From Mobula hypostoma (taxonomy: Eukaryota): a stretch of 64,000 nucleotides of DNA. Positions within the stretch are counted from its first letter, which is position 1, and each line of letters begins with the position of its first letter. The notes beneath the pieces were generated by a model. That model was given only the letters and a program-made list of their open reading frames with translations. It made no database searches and was not told the origin of the DNA. The translations under genes and the position numbers were made by a program. This document shows positions 1 to 12,648 of the stretch, piece after piece. The DNA is taken from NCBI RefSeq assembly GCF_963921235.1, contig NC_086108.1:109122001-109186000 (forward strand), given 5' to 3'.

Positions 1-151
1 AAACTTGGACAGCTACATTGATGAGAGGTGTATGGAGGGATATGGTCCAGGTGTAGGCCAGTGGGACTAGGCAGAAAAATGGTTCGGCACAGACAAGAAG
101 GGCCAAAAGGCCTGTTTCTGTGCTGTAATGTTCTATGGTTCTATGGTTCTA
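1..151 (+). mobile_element. CR1 LINE 3' end
   Basis: 3' UTR stem (gggccaaaaggcctgtttctgtgctgta) ending in a (TTCTATGG)n tail. Confidence 0.75.
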
Positions 152-769
152 ATGAATGGCATATGTTATGTTATGTAAATCCTCACTTCGCATAAATTAA
201 AAAAACAAAAGCTAAGACACGTTCTCTGGGGGTCCCATGTTTTTGCTTCAATTAGTTTCATGTTTTGGAGTTAGGAAAACATAACACAGCCCACAATGTT
301 GTGCTGACCCTGTGACCTACTCTAAGATCAATCTAACCCTGCACTTCTAAGTAGCCCTCCATTTGCCTATGTGAGTGTTTCTTAAATATTTAGAAAAGAA
401 AGTTGAGTAAAATAGTTTAGAAGGTTATGGGCCAAACGCTGGCAAAAAGAACTAACTTGAATGGGGCATCCTGGTCAGCAGAGACCAGCTGGGCTGATTG
501 CCACGTGTCTATTCTCTATGACTCCCGAAGAAAAGCTGTGAGATTAACCTGAAAGAACTTTAATTAAGAAAGTAATGAGAAAGATATACAAGTTTAAAAA
601 TTACTGTGGTAGGAAGCAGAAAATTAAAATGTGTAATATTATTGTAGAGAGTTGAAAATGATTTTCAGGAGATTAATTTTAAATTGGTTAATCATCAGAC
701 TGGTAAGTTTGATGCAAATGGGTCAAACGTTGGTTAAAATGGTTTGTTCGTTTATTTCTCTAACGTCCA

Positions 770-1220
770 GTAACCTCTCCTGCTCCCCTTTCTCTCTTTT
801 TTTCCATTCACCAGTCTAGCTCCCCTCTCACCCCTTCTCTTCTCCTCACCTGCCCATCACCTCCCTCTGGTGTCCTTCCTCCTTCCCTTTATTCCATGGT
901 CCACTCTCCTCTACTATCAGACTCCTTCTTCTTCACCCTTTCATCTTTTCCACCCATCACCCCCCCAGCTTCTCACATCATTCCCCCCCCGCACTCACCC
1001 ACCTTCCCCTCACCTGAATTCACCTAACATCTGCCACCTTGTACTCCTCACCCTCCTCCCACCTTCTTCCCCGTTCCTTTCCAATCCTGATGAAGGATCT
1101 CAGCCCCCCAAAAAAACTGAATGTTTGTTCCTCTCCGTAGATGCTGCCTGACCTGCTGAATTTCTCCAGCATTTTGTGTGCGTTGATCTGCATTTGCAGC
1201 ATCTGCAGAATCCCTTGTTT
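770..1220 (+). mobile_element. Penelope-like element 3' UTR/pseudo-LTR fragment (old)
   Basis: Pyrimidine-rich tract followed by cctgatgaagg...gatgctgcctgacctgctg...cagcatctgcagaatc, similar to the 3' end of the PLE at 32-34 kb. Confidence 0.65.
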
Positions 1221-1344
1221 TTAAGCATTGAGCCAACAGCAGAGCAGAGTGCAATCAAACATAGAACAGTACCACTCTGGAGCCGTTCCCTTGGCCCACA
1301 ATGCTGTGCCAAATCAGTAATCAAATGACCAAATACATTAGCAA

Positions 1345-2445
1345 GAGAAGATCTGCAGACTTTGGAAATCCGAAACAACAGACACAAACTGCCGGAGGAA
1401 CTCAACAGGCCAGGCAGCATCTATGGAAAACAGTTCGGGCCGAGCCTTTTCATCAGGACTGGAGAAAAAAGATCAGAAGTCAGAGTAAGAAGGTGGGGAG
1501 AAGGGGCGGAAGAGATACCAGATAGTAGGTGATAGGTGAAATGGGGAGGGGGGAAGTAAAGAGCTGGGAAGATGATTGGTGAAAGAGATGAAGGGCTGGA
1601 GAAGAGGACAGAAGGCCGTGGAAGAAAGGGAAGGGGGAGGAGCATCAGAAAGAGGTAATGGGCAGGTAAGGAGATAAAGTGAGAGAGGGAAAAGTTAATG
1701 GGAAACTGTGAAGGAGAGGGGAGAGAGCCATTACCAGAAGTTCAAGAAATCAATGTTCATGCCATTAGGTGGAGGCTACCCAGATGGAACATAAGGTGTT
1801 GCTCCTCCAACCTGAGTGTGGCTTCATCGCAACTGTAGAGGAGGCCATGGACTGACATAAGACCATAAGTGTTAGGAGCATAATTAGACCATTCAGCCCA
1901 TCAAGTTTGCTCCACAATTCCATCATGGCTGATCCCAGATCCCATTCGACCCCATACACCTGCCTTCTCGCTATATCCATAGATGCCCTGAAGATGACCA
2001 TAAGCCATGTCAGAATGGGAATGGGAAGTAGAATTAAAATGGGTGGCCATGGGAGATCCCATTTTTTCTAGCTGATGTAGCATAGGTGCTCGGCGAAGAG
2101 GTCTTCCAATATACAAGAAGCCAACTGGGTGCACTGGATACAGTAGATGACTCCAACAGGCTCACTGGTAAGGTAGTCCAATCACAAACCAGAGAAAGTA
2201 TGCAGATGCTGAAAATCCAAGCAACACACATAAAATGCTGGAGGAACTCAGCAAGCTAGCCATCATCTATGGAAAAGACTGAAGAATGAGTTCCCCCACC
2301 ATTCTGTGTGTGTTTCACAGATAGAGTGTTACCTTGCTTGGAAGGACTGTTTGGGGCCCTGGATGGTAGCGAGGGAGGAGGTGTAGGAGCAGTTGTGGCA
2401 TTTGTTCTGCTTGCAAGGATAAGTGCCAGAAGGAAGATCGGTGGG
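1345..2445 (-). mobile_element. Degenerate Penelope-like element 3' part (GIY-YIG remnant + pLTR) with nested CR1 tail and pLTR fragments
   Basis: Remnant peptide GFLYIG...MATHFNSTSHSHSDM matches the GIY-YIG region at 32449-32703. Confidence 0.75.
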
Positions 2446-2544
2446 GAGGGACAAATATCCAACTACACTAATCCCTTTTGCCTACACAATATCCATATCC
2501 ATATCTATATCCATATTCATCCATTTTCCTCACATCCTTGTGCC

Positions 2545-3410
2545 ATGTGCCCCCCCCAGGGTTGTATCCTGAGTCTCCTCCTCTACTCCCTTTACACCCA
2601 TGACTGTGCTGCCACACACAGCTCCAATCTGCCGATTAAATTTACAGATGACATGACATTGATTGCCTTTATTTCTAGCAGTGACGAGACAGCCTACAGA
2701 GGAGAGGTTAACACCCTGACACAGTGGTGCCAAGATAACAGCCTCTCCCTCAATGTCCAAAAAACAAAAGAGCTGATTGTGGATTACAGGAATAACGGAG
2801 ACGGGCGCACCCCGATCAACATCAATGGGTCTGCAGTTAAGAGGGTGAGTAGTTTCAAGTTCCTCAGTATACACATCACCAAAGTTCTCACCTGGACTGT
2901 ACATACTAGCTGATTGGTTAAAAAAAGCACAATAGTGTCTTTTCCACCTCAGGAGACTGAAGAATTTCGACATGAGCTCCCAATTCTCAAGACCTTCTAC
3001 AGGGGCACCACTGAGAGCATCCTGACTGACTGTATCACCATCTGGTAGAGGAACTGCACCAACCTTGATCGCTGGGCACTGCAGAGAGTGGTCTGGACAG
3101 CCAAGCGCATCTGTGAAAGTGAACTTCCCTCCATTGAGGACATTTACATCAGTACGTGCGTAAAGAAGGCCTGGAAGATCATCGGGGACATCAAGCACCC
3201 CAACCATAAACTATTTCAGCTGTTTCCATCTGGCAAGTGGTACCACAGAATTAAAACCAGGACCAACAGACTACGAGACAGCTTCTTTCTACAAGCCATT
3301 AGACTAATAAATTCAGAAGTCTGTACATTGCGGCGAAGTCATAACGCAAAGATTTTTACTCTCTCATGTTGTGGGATGGATGTAAGATTTAAATAAATTC
3401 AATGCAATTC
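2545..3410 (+). mobile_element. Rex1/Babar-type LINE, 5'-truncated RT and 3' UTR
   Basis: PQGCILSLLLYSLYTHDC...KFTDD...WCQDNSLSLNVQKTKELIVDYR; HPNHKLFQLFPSG...RTNRLRDSFF; in-frame stops. Confidence 0.8.
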
Positions 3411-3479
3411 TATCTAAGTTTCCCTTAAATCTTCCTAATATATCTGCATCTACTGCCATCCCAGACAAGAGCTTTGACC

Positions 3480-4897
3480 AGCGGTTAATCCAGACATCGG
3501 AAGATTGGAGAGGATGGGACTTTAATCAGATCCACTGCCCAAGGATAAAAGGCAGGAGAGAGTTGCGGCAGCGATAAAAAGTTTTGATCAGCAACCAATC
3601 GATGTTTGGGAGTGATTAGTAAGAGCAAATTAAAGGAAGGCAGGGGCAAGTGCAGTGGCCATCATCTGCGTGGACAGAGTCAGAGTGCTGATCATGAAGC
3701 TTTAGCTCTTTGAGGATTCAGCTTCAGACACAGAAAGCAAAGGAAAGAAAAACTCAAGGTTAAGATTATTTTTTTCCTTTTCTTCTTTATAACTAGGACA
3801 GTAGAGGTGCCAAGCAGGTTAGTGAAATGCTCCTCTTGCAGGATGTAGGAAGGTAGGGAGACCCCCAGGGTCCCTGACCAGTACAACTGTGAGAAGTGCA
3901 CCCAGCTGCAGTTTCAAACAAACCGAGCTAAGGAGTTGGAGCTGGTATGGCATATGTTCCAGATCATATGGAACGCTGAGGGGACATATAGAGAAGTAGT
4001 TACACTCAAGGTGCAGGACACAGGAAACCGGGTGACAGTCAGGAAGGGAAAGGGGTTAAGGAGCCAGTGCAGAGTACCCCTGTGGCCATCCCCCTCAACA
4101 ACAGGTATATCACTTTGGGTACTATCAGGGGCGATGACCTAATAGAGGAAAGTCACAACAGTCAGGTCTCTGGCACTGAGTCTGCTTCTGTAACTCTGAA
4201 GGGAAGATGGGAGAAGTTGCGTGCTATGGTGACAGGGGATTTGTTAGATAGGGGAACAGTCAGAAGGTTCTGTGGGCGAGAATGTGATTCCTGGATGGTA
4301 TGTTGCTTCCCGGGTTCAAGGGTCTAGAATATCTCAGACTCAGTCCTCAGCATTCTTAAGTGAGAGGGTGAATAGTCAGAGGTTGTGGTCCACGTAGGTA
4401 CCAATGATATGGGTAGGGTGAGTGACCAGGTTCTGCATAAGGAGTTCAGGGAAGTAGGTGCTAAGTTAAAGGGCAGGACCTCCAGGGTGGTGATCTCAGA
4501 ATTGCTACTCGTGCCACATGCTAGTGAGGCTAGAACTAGGAAGATTATACAGTTTACCACATGGCATAGGAGTTGGTGTAGGAGGAAGGGCATAAGAATT
4601 TTCAATCATTGGTCTCTCTTCCAGGGAAGGTGGGACCTGTACAGAATGAAGAGTTTGCACCTGAATTGGAGGGGGACTAATAACCTAGTGGGAAAGTTAG
4701 TTCATGTTGAACGATAGGGTTTAAACTAGAATTGCAGGGGATGGGAACCACAATGCCAGACAGTTAGTGGAGAGGCTGTGGAGACAGATATTGGTAAGAC
4801 TTCAGACAAAGTTAGGAATCAAAAGGTTGAGCATGGTGTGACCTGTCCTGAGCTGCGTATATTTCAATGCAAGAGGTATTGTAGGAAAGGCAAATAA
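3480..4897 (+). mobile_element. CR1 LINE 5' portion: ORF1 (CxxC zinc finger + SGNH esterase) and start of ORF2 endonuclease, decayed
   Basis: CSSC...CEKC motifs, VVHVGTNDMG, SLHLN (DGLHLN-like), then CVYFNARGI; stops and frameshifts. Confidence 0.8.
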
Positions 4898-5405
4898 GAC
4901 CATCAGACAGAGGGGCAGAATTAGGCCATTCAGCCCATTGAGTTTGCTTCACCATTCCATCATGGCTGACCCCAGATCCCACTCAACCTCATATACCTGC
5001 AACACTCACAACACGCTGGAGGAACCCAGCAGGTCAGGCAGCATCCGTGGAAACGATCAGTCGACGTTTCGGGCCAGAACCCTTTGTCAGGACCTCTCCT
5101 CATATACCTGCCTTCTCGCCATATCCTTTGATGCCCTGACTGATCAGAAAACTATCAACTTCCACCTTGAATGTACCCACAGACTTGACCTCCACCACAG
5201 TCTATGGCAGGGCATTCCACAGATTCTCTACTCTGGCTAAAAAAAATTCTCCTTACCTCTGTTCTAAGAGGTCACCCTCAATTTTGAGGCTATGTTCTCG
5301 AGATCTGGATACTCCCACCATAAGAAACAATCTCTCCACATCCACCTTATCTCGTCCTTTCAACGCTCAGTAGGTTTCAATGAGATCGCCACACATTCTT
5401 CTAAA
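4898..5405 (-). mobile_element. CR1 LINE 3' fragment
   Basis: Reverse-strand CR1 C-terminal coding remnant and 3' UTR; interrupted at 5001-5097. Confidence 0.75.
5001..5097 (-). mobile_element. Mini PLE-derived insertion with hammerhead motif
   Basis: Perfect 14-bp TSD cctcatatacctgc (4987-5000 / 5098-5111); minus strand gtcCTGACAAagggttctggcccGAAAcGTCgac (core G8 mutated). Confidence 0.8.
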
Positions 5406-5414
5406 TAAAAGCAC

Positions 5415-5803
5415 TGAAGATCTCTCTCAGGGTAAGAGAGATCATGGTGCCCCACACAAGAGATACAAAGACCAACTTAAGCAGCAACTCTCTCAGGCAA
5501 ATATTGAGGTCAACGAGTGGCAGCAGATGGCTTGTGACAGAGACCACTAGAACGCTGATTCATGTAGCAGCCAAGAACTTCTGAGGAATCCAGAAAAGTG
5601 ACTGCTGAAGAGAGACGCAGGAAGGATCCTATTACCCAAGCACCAGCATCCGATGTCCCCACTGCTCCAGAGTATACAGACCCTGAATTGGCCTCTACAG
5701 TCGTGAACGATCATGCCATCACTCCTGAGAATTCTTCTTCCCTCCGATCTTTGCAATTGGAGTACCAGCCATCAGCATCAGCAGCAGCAGCATCATTATT
5801 ATC
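5415..5803 (+). mobile_element. RTE-clade LINE 3' fragment
   Basis: Homologous to 29930-30327; ends in a (CAT/CAG)n tail. Confidence 0.7.
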
Positions 5804-5829
5804 AGTGCTGAAGATGAGGTAGCTGGTTT

Positions 5830-6365
5830 ACAAACAGAGGCAATGTGTAGTGAAGAGGGGCTGTTGATAGGCAGTTAACAGGATGAGTTGCAACGTAAAA
5901 ATTGAGAAGGGTGAATGCAGGATTTGAAATACAAGTGCTGTATTTGAGAGCACACAGTATACAAAATAAGATAGATGAACGTGCAGCACAGTTGCAGATT
6001 GGCAGGTATGATGTTGTAGGCATCACTGGATCATGGCTGAAAGATTATAGAGGGAGCTTAATGTCCAAGGATACCCATTGTATCAAAAGGATAGGGAGGA
6101 AGGCAGAGGGGCAGCGATACTCTGTTGGTAAATAATGAAATTAAATCATTAGAAAAGGTGACATGGGGTTGGAAAGTGTTGAATCATTGTAGATAGAGAT
6201 AAGGAACTGCAAGGGTAAAAAGACTCTGATGGGAGTTGTATACAGACCCTGAAACAGTAATAAACATGTGGCCTACAAATTACAATCGGAAATAGAAAAT
6301 GCATGTGAAAAGGGCAGGTAGATTGGAAAATCAAGTTCATGCTAGATTACAGAAGGGCGAATTTA
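5830..6365 (+). mobile_element. CR1 ORF2 endonuclease fragment
   Basis: VLYLRAHSIQNKIDE...YDVVGITGSWL. Confidence 0.7.
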
Positions 6366-6369
6366 GATT

Positions 6370-7000
6370 CTCTTAATCTTATACACCTCTATCAGATCTC
6401 CCTTCAGACTCCACTGCTCCAGAGAAACCAACTCAAGTGGGCCAACCTCTGGTTATACTCATGCCCTCTAATCCAGGCAACATCCTGGTAAACATCTTCT
6501 GCACCCTCTCCACAGCCTCAACCTCAGCTATTCCAGCTGCTACCATCTGGGAAATGGTACCGCAGCATAAAAGCCAGGACCAAAAGCCCCTGGAACAGCT
6601 TCTTCCATCAGGCCATCAGACTGATTAACTCATGTTGATTTGAGTATATTTCTATGTTACATTGACTGTTCTATTTATTATAAATTACTATGATTGCACA
6701 TTGCACATTTAGACGGAGACATAAGGTAAAGATTTTTACACCTCATGTATGTGAAGGATGTAAGAAATAAAGTCAATTCAACATCCTGCCTATAATGGGA
6801 TGACTGGAACTGTATGCATTTCTCCAGATGCGGCCTAACTAGGGTTTTATAAAACTGCAACATATCTTCCTGACTTTTGAACTCAATGCCTCAACTAATA
6901 AAGATAGGTAAATATGCCAAACGCCTTCTTAACTACCCTATCAATCTGTGTAGTCACTTTCAGGAAGCCATGAACTTGGACCCCAAGTTCATGGCTCCCT
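6370..7000 (-). mobile_element. CR1 RT fragment with nested + strand Rex/Babar 3' end (~6525-6781)
   Basis: MLQFYKTLVRPHLEKCIQF; nested 3' UTR ends aaataaagtcaattca. Confidence 0.7.
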
Positions 7001-7024
7001 GATAATAACACTATATAACACTAT

Positions 7025-7270
7025 AGCATCAGTGCCAGACTCCAGAACAAAGGCTCCCGAGTTTGAATCCAAGTCGGGCCACATCCCGAGCACGCTTTCC
7101 ATCCGTGCCGGGTTGAGCGTCGAGCTAGCCACTCGGCCTCGTAAAAAAAAAGGGTCAAATCAGGAACGTTCATATCGTGACCTGGTTAATCTGAAAGGAG
7201 ACTAATTCTGACACCACGTGCCAGACAAGAATGGCTGACTGTATGGTGCGACACGCTGAAAAAAAAAATC
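7025..7270 (+). mobile_element. tRNA-headed SINE with RTE-like internal segment and A tail
   Basis: B-box-like gagtttgaatcc; gggttgagcgtcgagctagccactcggcctcgtaaaa; A tail; 8-bp TSD aacactat (7017-7024 / 7271-7278). Confidence 0.65.
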
Positions 7271-7632
7271 AACACTATTAAGGATCTCACCCTTATAGAT
7301 TCAATTCTCTGACACTGGGGAGAAACTTTGCATCCTGGAGATGTTAGACAATCTGAAGGTTGAGCATGACTGGAAGGGTACAAAGGAGTGAGAAGTGGTG
7401 AATGCTTGGAGAATTCAGAATAGCTGTCTCAGAATAACTAACAGAAGTATTTGAACTATTAACAGATAGATAGAATGATTACATGTTATAAGGTTTTAGC
7501 GAAAGACAAAAATGCCACTAATATGTTGAAGGCTAGAAGTGAGGGGATAGAGGTCAGACCTCCACGCCACATTAGAATACAATGATGTGCACATGAAGAG
7601 TCTAGGCCTTCACTCCATGCTCAAAGTGATAA

Positions 7633-7822
7633 GGAAAGGAAAGGTACACCGCATCCGGAGTTTCTCTGGTAGTGGAGATTTCCCTCCACGCCTCTCTGAC
7701 GTAGTGGGGAACCGCGTACGAGGCAAGTTACAGCAGTGGTTTGCCATTGCCTTCTGCTGAGTGAGTTTCCAAAGAGTTCACCAGCTCGTAACCCAGCACA
7801 AGTGGAAAGCGTGCAGGGGAGC
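7633..7822 (-). mobile_element. RTE-related SINE (5'-truncated)
   Basis: Minus strand agaaggcaatggcaaaccac (RTE/Bov-B-like segment), (CTTTC)n tail, 11-bp TSD caaagtgataa (7622-7632 / 7823-7833). Confidence 0.65.
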
Positions 7823-8440
7823 CAAAGTGATAAAGTTTATCTGAAGTCTAGGCCTTCATTCCTTGCTCAAAGGCCAGCAATTTGGACTTGCGACAAAGAA
7901 TGTGAGAGTCTAGGCCTCCACTTCGTGTTCCAAGTGATAAAGGATATCCGGAGTCTAGGCCTTCACTGTTTCAGCTGCTTCTGTCTGGCATACAGCGCCA
8001 CAGCATTAAAGCCAGGACCAACAGGCTATGGGACAGCTTCTATCTACAAGCCATTAGACTTTTACATTCACATGTCTGTACATTGCGATGGAGTCATAAT
8101 GCAAATATTTTTACTCCCTCACATTGTGGGATGGATGTAAGATTTAAACAAATTCTAAATTCTAAATTCTGTAGAGTGTGCAGAAATATTTAAGGTAAAG
8201 ATAGAAAAATATTTTTAAGCTGGAGAAATTGGGGGTCATGGGGAATTGACACAGAAGAGGAATGGAGGCCAGCATAGATCAGCCATCATCATACTGAATA
8301 GTAGGGCAGGCCTGAAGGGCTGAGTGGCCTCCTCCTGCCCTTATTTCCTTCCGTTCTTGAGCTCACTCCGTATGTGGAACTCTATTCTTTTATTCTTTTT
8401 TTTCACACTATTTATTCTTTTATAACTTATGGTAATCTCA

Positions 8441-8680
8441 CACTCAGTAGCCACTTTACTAAGTACTTCCTGAATCTAATAAAGTGACCATGTCCTATGT
8501 CCTTTGGTATTATGGACCACTGGGTGTATGTCAGTGATTTTCTGCTGCTGTAGCCCATCCACTGCAAAGTTCATTCATAGTTGTGTGTTCAGAGAAGCTC
8601 TTCTGCACACCACTGTTGTGATGCGTGGTTATTTGAGTTATGGCCACATTCCTACCAGTTTGAATCAGTCTGACCGTTCC
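8441..8680 (+). mobile_element. Probable non-autonomous Tc1-like remnant
   Basis: Begins cactcagtagccactttactaagtac with an internal inverted copy taataaagtgacca, resembling fish Tc1 TIRs. Confidence 0.4.
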
Positions 8681-8684
8681 CATA

Positions 8685-9600
8685 GAGTTATGGAGTCGTA
8701 AAATGCTGTAGCATAGAAACAGGCCCCTTGACTCATCTCCTGTGTGTTAAACCATTAACCTGCCTAGACCCATCCACCTGCAACTAGACCATTGGCTTCA
8801 TACCACTCCCATCCATGTACCCATTCAAATTCCTCTTCAATGTCGAAATCAAACCCGCATTCACTACTTCCATCAAAAACTTGTTCTACACTCTCGCCAC
8901 CCTCCGAATAAAGTAGTTGCCCTCACTCCCTGCGTCTCCCTTAACATTTCAGCTCTCACCTTTAATGCATGACCTCCAGTTCCAGTTTCACCCAACCTCA
9001 GTGGAAGAGGCCTGTTTGTACTTACCCGATCTTTACCCCTCATCATTCTGTATAGCTCTGTCAAATCTCTATTCATTCTTCCACACTCTAGTGAATAAAG
9101 GCCTAACTAATTCAATTTTTCTCCATAACTCAAATCCACAAGTCCTGGCACCATTCTTGTAAATTTTCTCTGCACTCTTTCAATTGTATTGATATCTATT
9201 CTGTTGGTAGGTGACCAGACTGCACACAATACTCCAAATTGGACCTCACAAATGTCTTATACAACTTCAACATAACATCTCATCTTCTGTACTCAGTACT
9301 ACCAACGCGCCAAAAGCTCTCTTTACAGCCCTTTCTATTTGTGTAACTACTTTCAAAGAATTATGGATCTCTGTGGATCTCTGTTCCCAGATCCCTCTGT
9401 TCTACTGCACTCTACAATGCCTCACTGCTCAATATTCATGACCCATCCTGGTTGGTCCTCCCAAACTGCAACAGCTCACACTGAATTCCATCTGCCAGTT
9501 TTCCAGCTGGTCAGATCCCACTGCAAGCTTGGATACTCTTCCTCGCTGTCCACTACATTCCCAATTTTGTTGTCATCCACAAACTTGCTGATCTAGTTAA
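8685..9600 (-). mobile_element. CR1 RT/3' fragment
   Basis: RDLTELYRMMRGKDRV remnant and CR1 3' UTR. Confidence 0.7.
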
Positions 9601-9769
9601 CCATGTCAATGAGATTGCAGGAAGGATGGGTCGGATCACTGACAATGCTAAGGGCCCTGTGTATGATGCGCTCCTGATAAATATCTCTAATGGGTGAAAG
9701 AGAGAGTGCAATGATCCTCTCAGCAGGTATTGCAATCTTTTTTAGGGTCTTGTGGTCAGACACCTTGCA

Positions 9770-10332
9770 ATTAGATTTTTGGCCAGATGTTGGGCTCTTT
9801 ATTGTAGAAGGGATATATTGACGTTGGAGAAGGTTCAGAGAAGATTCACAAGAATGATTCCAGGAATTAAAGAGTCACTCTATGAGGAATGCCTGGCAGC
9901 TCTTGGGCTGTATTCCCTGGAGTTCGGGAAAATGAGAGGGGATCTCATAGAAACATTCCGAATGTTAAAAGGCCTGAACAGATTAGATATGGCAGTTATT
10001 TCCCATGGTAGAGGAGTCTAGGACAAGAGGGCATGACTTCAGGATTGAGGGACGTCCATTTAGAACACAGATGCGGAGAAATTACTTTAGTCAGAAGGTG
10101 GTAAATCTGTTAAATTTGTTGCCACAAGCGACTGCGGAGGCCAAGTCATTGAATGTATTTAAGGCAGAGATAGATAGGTTCTTGATTGGCCAGGGCATCA
10201 AAGGGTATGGGGAGAAGGCAGGGGAGTGGGGATGACTGGAAGAATTGGATTAGCCCATGATTAAATGGCGGAGCAGACTCGATGGGCCAAATGGCCTACT
10301 TCTGCTCCTATATCTTATGGTCTTATGGTCTA
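9770..10332 (+). mobile_element. CR1 3' fragment
   Basis: LEKVQRRFTRMIPG...RGDLIETFRMLKG; RRNYFSQKVVNL; (TCTTATGG)n tail. Confidence 0.85.
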
Positions 10333-11050
10333 ATTCCTTTACCAGACAGTAATGCAGCTGGTCAGGACACTCACAGTGGTGTTCCTGTAAAAATTGTCCA
10401 GAATGGATGGGAGAAGCTGCAATGCTTTCTTGACTAAAGAGGTACTTTTGAGGGACCAGGTGAGATTGTCCATTATGTGCACTATCCTGTGCATATGATT
10501 ATGTAAAACCAACTGGACTTGCTCTCAGAGCTTCAATATTCCTTACATCCAGATGAATTACTACTTACAGAAAAGCCCCAAGCATTTCTTTCACTGTCAA
10601 TGCTTAAGTTATCAGGTTGCTAAGTTCCCACTTCAAGTCTAAATCCTCTTTCCTCAATTAACTGAGTCACCATTTCTCAGCTGGTGTTCCTGGAGTTAAG
10701 CTACTAAAAAAGGAGTATTAACAATGCTTCCTTCCAAGCCTTGCGTTGACACGTGTCCTGTCCCTTTAAAACCATATACTTAACTCCCTTTAAGTCCTTA
10801 TAACTCCCTTGGGAAAAATTGACCTAAATCCATTCTGAGACTAACTGGAGGCCATTAGCTCGTATTGTTGCTTGTTCCTGCTACTCACTGCATCACCTCG
10901 TTGAAGATGGCCAATTATTTGAGTTGGCTTGAAGGGAACTGTTGTCCAGGGGCTCCAAATGTCACAGGCAAGTTATTTCACAGATGTATCTTCTGACAGT
11001 TATGTTTGTGGTTTTATAATTAACCAAACATGTTTATTGTTGAACCTAAT

Positions 11051-11330
11051 AGGGCACCATGGTAGCGTAGCGGTTCACATAATGCTATTGCGGCTCCGGG
11101 CATTCCGGAGTTTGGAATTCGATTCCGGTGCTGTTCTGCAAGGAGCCTCTGTAGGTGCTCCGTGTGGAATGTATGGAAATTCCCTGGGTGCTCAGGTTTC
11201 TGCCAAAAGTGTAGCGGGTAGCATAATTGTCCTGTGATTAGATTAGGGTTAATTGGGATTGTGGGGTTGCTGGGCGGGGGGTGGTTCAGATGTATCTTCT
11301 CCGCACTGTATCGATAAATAAAATAAATGT
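11051..11330 (+). mobile_element. V-SINE/HE1-like tRNA-derived SINE
   Basis: A-box ggtagcgtagcgg, B-box-like ttcgattcc, V-domain-like gggtgctcaggtttc, (AAAT)n tail. Confidence 0.65.
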
Positions 11331-11844
11331 GCCTTTCACAACCTTCCCACTTCCCCCTTCCTCCCCCAACTACTTGTCATTCCACCTCTCACCTAAATCC
11401 ACCCATCACGCACCAGCTATATCTCCTGCCACTCGTCCTCCACAGTTCCGATGAAGGATCTCAACCTGAAACATTGTCTATTTCTCCTCTATAGATGCTG
11501 ACTGACGCCAGCAATTTGTTTGCCCCTATTCACTACTGTTTAGCAACACTATGGACCCCTTTACCACTTCCAGCCATCCCTTCCCAGCTTCTTGTTTCAT
11601 TCCCTGACCCTCCCACCTTCCTTTCACCTGGTCCCATCTATCACCTACACAAGAGATTCTGCAGATGCTGACAATCCAGAGCCACACACACACACACACA
11701 CACAAAATGCCAGAGGAACTCTGTGGGTCAGGTAGCACCTACGGAGAGGAATAAACAGGAATAAGTAGTCATTGTTTTAGGCTGAGACTCATTGTCAGCA
11801 CTGGACGGGCACAGAAAGTGGGAGGAGAGGAACAAGGACAAGCT

Positions 11845-12648
11845 AGGAAACTTTGTCACATGGTGTGAGCAGAATTATCTGCAGCTTAATGTGAAAAAGA
11901 CTAAGGAGCTGGTGGTAGACCTGAGGAGAGCTAAGGTACCGGTGACCCCTGTTTCCATCCAGGGGGTCAGTGTGGACATGGTGGAGGATTACAAATACCT
12001 GGGGATACGAATTGACAATAAACTGGACTGGTCAAAGAACACTGAGGCTGTCTACAAGAAGGATCAGAGCCGTCTCTATTTCCTGAGGAGACTGAGGTCC
12101 TTTAATATCTGTCGGACGATGCTGAGGATGTTCTACGAGTCTGTGGTGGCCAGTGCTATCGTGTTTGCTGTTGTGTGCTGGGGCAGCAGGCTGAGGGTAG
12201 CAGACACCAGCAGAATCAACAAACTCATTCGTAAGGCCAGTGATGTTGTGGGGATGGAACTGGACTCTCTGACGGTGGTGTCTGAAAAGAGGATGCTGTC
12301 CAAGTTGCATGCCATCTTGGACAATGTCTCCCATCCACTACATAATGTACTGGGTGGGCACAGGAGTACATTCAGCCAGAGACTCATTCCACCGAGATGC
12401 AACACAGAGCGTCATAGGAAGTCATTCCTGCCTGTGACCACCAAACTTTACAACTCCTTCCTTGGAAGGTCAGACACCCTGAGCCAATAGGTTGGTCCTG
12501 GACTTATTTCCTGGAATAATTTACATATTACTACTTAACTATTTATGATTTTATTACTATTTAATTATTTATGGTGCAACCGTAACAAAAACCAATTTCC
12601 CCCGGGATCAGTAAAGTATGACTATGACTATGGTTATGACTATGACTA
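11845..12648 (+). mobile_element. Young Rex1/Babar-type LINE 3' fragment with (TATGAC)n tail
   Basis: Open frame WCEQNYLQLNVKKTKELVVD...YKYLG...RLYFLRRLRSF...HPLH...TERHRKSFLP, stop at 12490; near-identical copies at 49186, 49785 and 55157. Confidence 0.85.

Noticed and set aside
2530..3207. 225-aa minus-strand ORF
   Set aside because: Antisense shadow of the Rex/Babar RT fragment
7025..7075. tRNA gene
   Set aside because: Only a B-box-like remnant in a SINE head; no full cloverleaf
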